Shown piece by piece: positions 57,260 through 64,000 of a stretch of 64,000 nt of DNA (its first letter is position 1; each line of letters starts with the position of its first letter). The stretch is from Escherichia coli. GTDB lineage: Bacteria; Pseudomonadota; Gammaproteobacteria; Enterobacterales; Enterobacteriaceae. The stretch lies in the NCBI RefSeq assembly GCF_003334385.1, contig NZ_QOWN01000009.1; one strand, written 5' to 3'. A program made the position numbers and the translations under genes. The notes beneath the pieces are model-generated. The model saw nothing but the letters and a program-made list of their open reading frames with translations. It was not told the origin of the DNA and did no database searches.

Positions 57260-57478
57260 TCAATAATGTGGCGGTGGCGTTTCTTCAGCCTGCGACGCGA
57301 TGTTCGACGGCTGGCTGGCTTTTAACTTCTCGGTCAGCAGACGCAGATGATCGCGCAGTTTCGCCATCTCCATTTCATGAGCGGTCACCGTGACGTTCAG
57401 TTCTTCAATGGTGATTTCCTGAAAAGCCAGTCGGCTCTCCAGCTCTGCCAGGCGTGCTTCCAATGATAAATCCTGCAT
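57260..57478 (-). CDS. slyX: protein SlyX
   Basis: 72-aa coiled-coil [31 protein letters not shown]. Confidence 0.92.
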
Positions 57479-57698
57479 GATTCACCTCTTTTGTCGAATG
57501 GTCGCCGCGGATTCTACTTAACTTTGCTGCCCGAGACAGCACTCATTTCGCGGTCATCGAAACTAATTTAAACAAAAAGAGTCTGAAAATAGATGATAAT
57601 AGGGCGTGTCTGTATGTAGATTTGTTCGACAACGCTTTATAGTACCCTTCTGATAATAGTTAACCTTGGGGTGAGATGCCCCGATCCTGGAGATATGG

Positions 57699-58511
57699 AT
57701 GAAATCACTGTTTAAAGTAACGCTGCTGGCGACCACAATGGCCGTTGCCCTGCATGCACCAATCACTTTTGCTGCTGAAGCTGCAAAACCTGCTACAGCT
57801 GCTGACAGCAAAGCAGCGTTCAAAAATGACGATCAGAAATCAGCTTATGCACTGGGTGCCTCGCTGGGTCGTTACATGGAAAACTCTCTAAAAGAACAAG
57901 AAAAACTGGGCATCAAACTGGATAAAGATCAGCTGATCGCTGGTGTTCAGGATGCATTTGCTGATAAGAGCAAACTCTCCGACCAAGAGATCGAACAGAC
58001 TCTACAAGCATTCGAAGCTCGCGTGAAGTCTTCTGCTCAGGCGAAGATGGAAAAAGACGCGGCTGATAACGAAGCAAAAGGTAAAGAGTACCGCGAGAAA
58101 TTTGCCAAAGAGAAAGGTGTGAAAACCTCTTCAACTGGTCTGGTTTATCAGGTAGTAGAAGCCGGTAAAGGCGAAGCACCGAAAGACAGCGATACTGTTG
58201 TAGTGAACTACAAAGGTACGCTGATCGACGGTAAAGAGTTCGACAACTCTTACACCCGTGGTGAACCGCTTTCTTTCCGTCTGGACGGTGTTATCCCGGG
58301 TTGGACAGAAGGTCTGAAGAACATCAAGAAAGGCGGTAAGATCAAACTGGTTATTCCACCAGAACTGGCTTACGGCAAAGCGGGTGTTCCGGGGATCCCA
58401 CCGAATTCTACCCTGGTGTTTGACGTAGAGCTGCTGGATGTGAAACCAGCGCCGAAGGCTGATGCAAAGCCGGAAGCTGATGCGAAAGCCGCAGATTCTG
58501 CTAAAAAATAA
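57699..58511 (+). CDS. fkpA: periplasmic FKBP-type peptidyl-prolyl isomerase FkpA
   Basis: 270-aa ORF with signal peptide and FKBP domain. Confidence 0.97.
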   Translation: MKSLFKVTLLATTMAVALHAPITFAAEAAKPATAADSKAAFKNDDQKSAYALGASLGRYMENSLKEQEKLGIKLDKDQLIAGVQDAFADKSKLSDQEIEQTLQAFEARVKSSAQAKMEKDAADNEAKGKEYREKFAKEKGVKTSSTGLVYQVVEAGKGEAPKDSDTVVVNYKGTLIDGKEFDNSYTRGEPLSFRLDGVIPGWTEGLKNIKKGGKIKLVIPPELAYGKAGVPGIPPNSTLVFDVELLDVKPAPKADAKPEADAKAADSAKK

Positions 58512-58518
58512 GCATTAA

Positions 58519-58551
58519 GAACCGCCGCCTGACCAGGCGGCGGTTTTTTTA
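58519..58551 (+). terminator. rho-independent terminator after fkpA
   Basis: ACCGCCGCCTG-acc-CAGGCGGCGGT followed by T7. Confidence 0.85.
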
Positions 58552-58677
58552 TTACAGGCCGGATATAATTAGTGCTGGAAAGCGGAACCTCCGCTGTATT
58601 AATTTAGTTACCCGCATCATTAATGAGCCTGCCCTGAAAAGTTAACGACAGGCTCCTGAAAAGGAGTGTTTTTTTTC

Positions 58678-59785
<1,108 letters not shown>

Positions 59786-59786
<1 letters not shown>

Positions 59787-60145
59787 TGAAACGAATTGCG
59801 TTTGTTTTTTCTACTGCACCTCATGGTACAGCCGCAGGCCGGGAAGGTTTAGATGCTTTACTGGCAACTTCCGCATTAACTGACGATCTGGCTGTCTTCT
59901 TTATAGCTGATGGCGTTTTTCAGCTGCTGCCAGGACAAAAGCCCGATGCAGTGCTGGCGCGTGATTACATTGCCACTTTTAAATTGTTGGGTCTGTACGA
60001 CATTGAACAGTGCTGGGTTTGTGCGGCTTCACTGCGCGAACGCGGGTTAGATCCGCAGACACCCTTTGTTGTCGAAGCCACGCCGCTCGAAGCAGATGCC
60101 TTACGCCGCGAACTCGCCAACTACGATGTTATTTTGAGGTTTTGA
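59786..60145 (+). CDS. tusC: sulfurtransferase complex subunit TusC
   Basis: 119-aa ORF; TGATG overlap with tusD. Confidence 0.95.
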
Positions 60146-60152
60146 GGCGTTT

Positions 60153-60440
60153 ATGCTGCACACATTACATCGCTCACCCTGGCTGACGGATTTTGCTGCG
60201 CTGCTGCGTCTGCTCAGTGAAGGAGACGAACTGCTATTATTGCAAGATGGCGTAACTGCCGCAGTTGACGGTAACCGCTACCTTGAAAGTCTGCGTAATG
60301 CCCCCATTAAGGTCTATGCCCTGAACGAAGACCTTATTGCCCGCGGTTTGACTGGTCAAATTTCGAACGACATCATTCTCATTGACTATACTGATTTCGT
60401 CAGACTTACGGTTAAGCACCCCAGCCAGATGGCCTGGTGA
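60153..60440 (+). CDS. tusB: sulfurtransferase complex subunit TusB
   Basis: 95-aa ORF. Confidence 0.94.
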   Translation: MLHTLHRSPWLTDFAALLRLLSEGDELLLLQDGVTAAVDGNRYLESLRNAPIKVYALNEDLIARGLTGQISNDIILIDYTDFVRLTVKHPSQMAW

Positions 60441-60462
60441 TGGCGGGATCGTTGTATATTTC

Positions 60463-61507
<1,045 letters not shown>

Positions 61508-61591
61508 TCCCTTCGGAGTTTTAGTCACCAGGCGGGCGCTTCCAGTAAGCAGCCCGCTTTGGGCTACTTAAATTGAACGCCTAAAAGATAA

Positions 61592-63718
<2,127 letters not shown>

Positions 63719-63731
63719 GCCTAAGGGTTAA

Positions 63732-64000
<269 letters not shown>

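Overview
This window is a contiguous, syntenic stretch of Escherichia coli core chromosome, running from the 3' end of envZ to the 5' end of tufA (the K-12 ~3.47-3.53 Mb region, in reverse orientation). I can support 66 protein-coding genes, all assigned by reading the six-frame translations against protein families I recognise; no database search was run. Gene order is: envZ' / pck / yhgE / hslO-hslR-yrfG-igaA / nudE / mrcA / hofMNOPQ / aroK-aroB-damX-dam-rpe-gph-trpS / yhfZ-yhfY-yhfX-yhfW-php-yhfU-yhfT-yhfS / frlABCDR / yhfL / cysG-nirC-nirD-nirB / tsgA / ppiA / yhfG-fic-pabA / argD / yhfK / crp / yhfA / prkB / yheU-yheT-yheS / kefG-kefB / yheV / slyD / slyX / fkpA / yheO-tusD-tusC-tusB / rpsL-rpsG-fusA-tufA'. 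Two small genes below the 60-aa cutoff of the ORF track (yhfL and yhfG, 55 aa each) were found by hand. I see no rRNA, tRNA, CRISPR array, insertion sequence, prophage or integrase; the only repeats are REP/BIME-type intergenic palindromes. I found no evidence of a novel or previously undescribed system: this is an ordinary housekeeping region. The most notable observations are strain-level: yhfX carries an in-frame TAG stop at codon 119 (a likely pseudogene), and rpsG has the short 156-codon form rather than the 179-codon K-12 form, so the source is probably not K-12. Lesser items are a 16-bp direct repeat in the igaA-nudE spacer, a palindrome upstream of hofM, an SD-preceded mini-ORF upstream of aroK, a non-canonical Fic active-site motif with an overlapping upstream yhfG, and a strong Chi-site strand bias. 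Coordinates of short motifs were counted by hand and may be off by a base or two.
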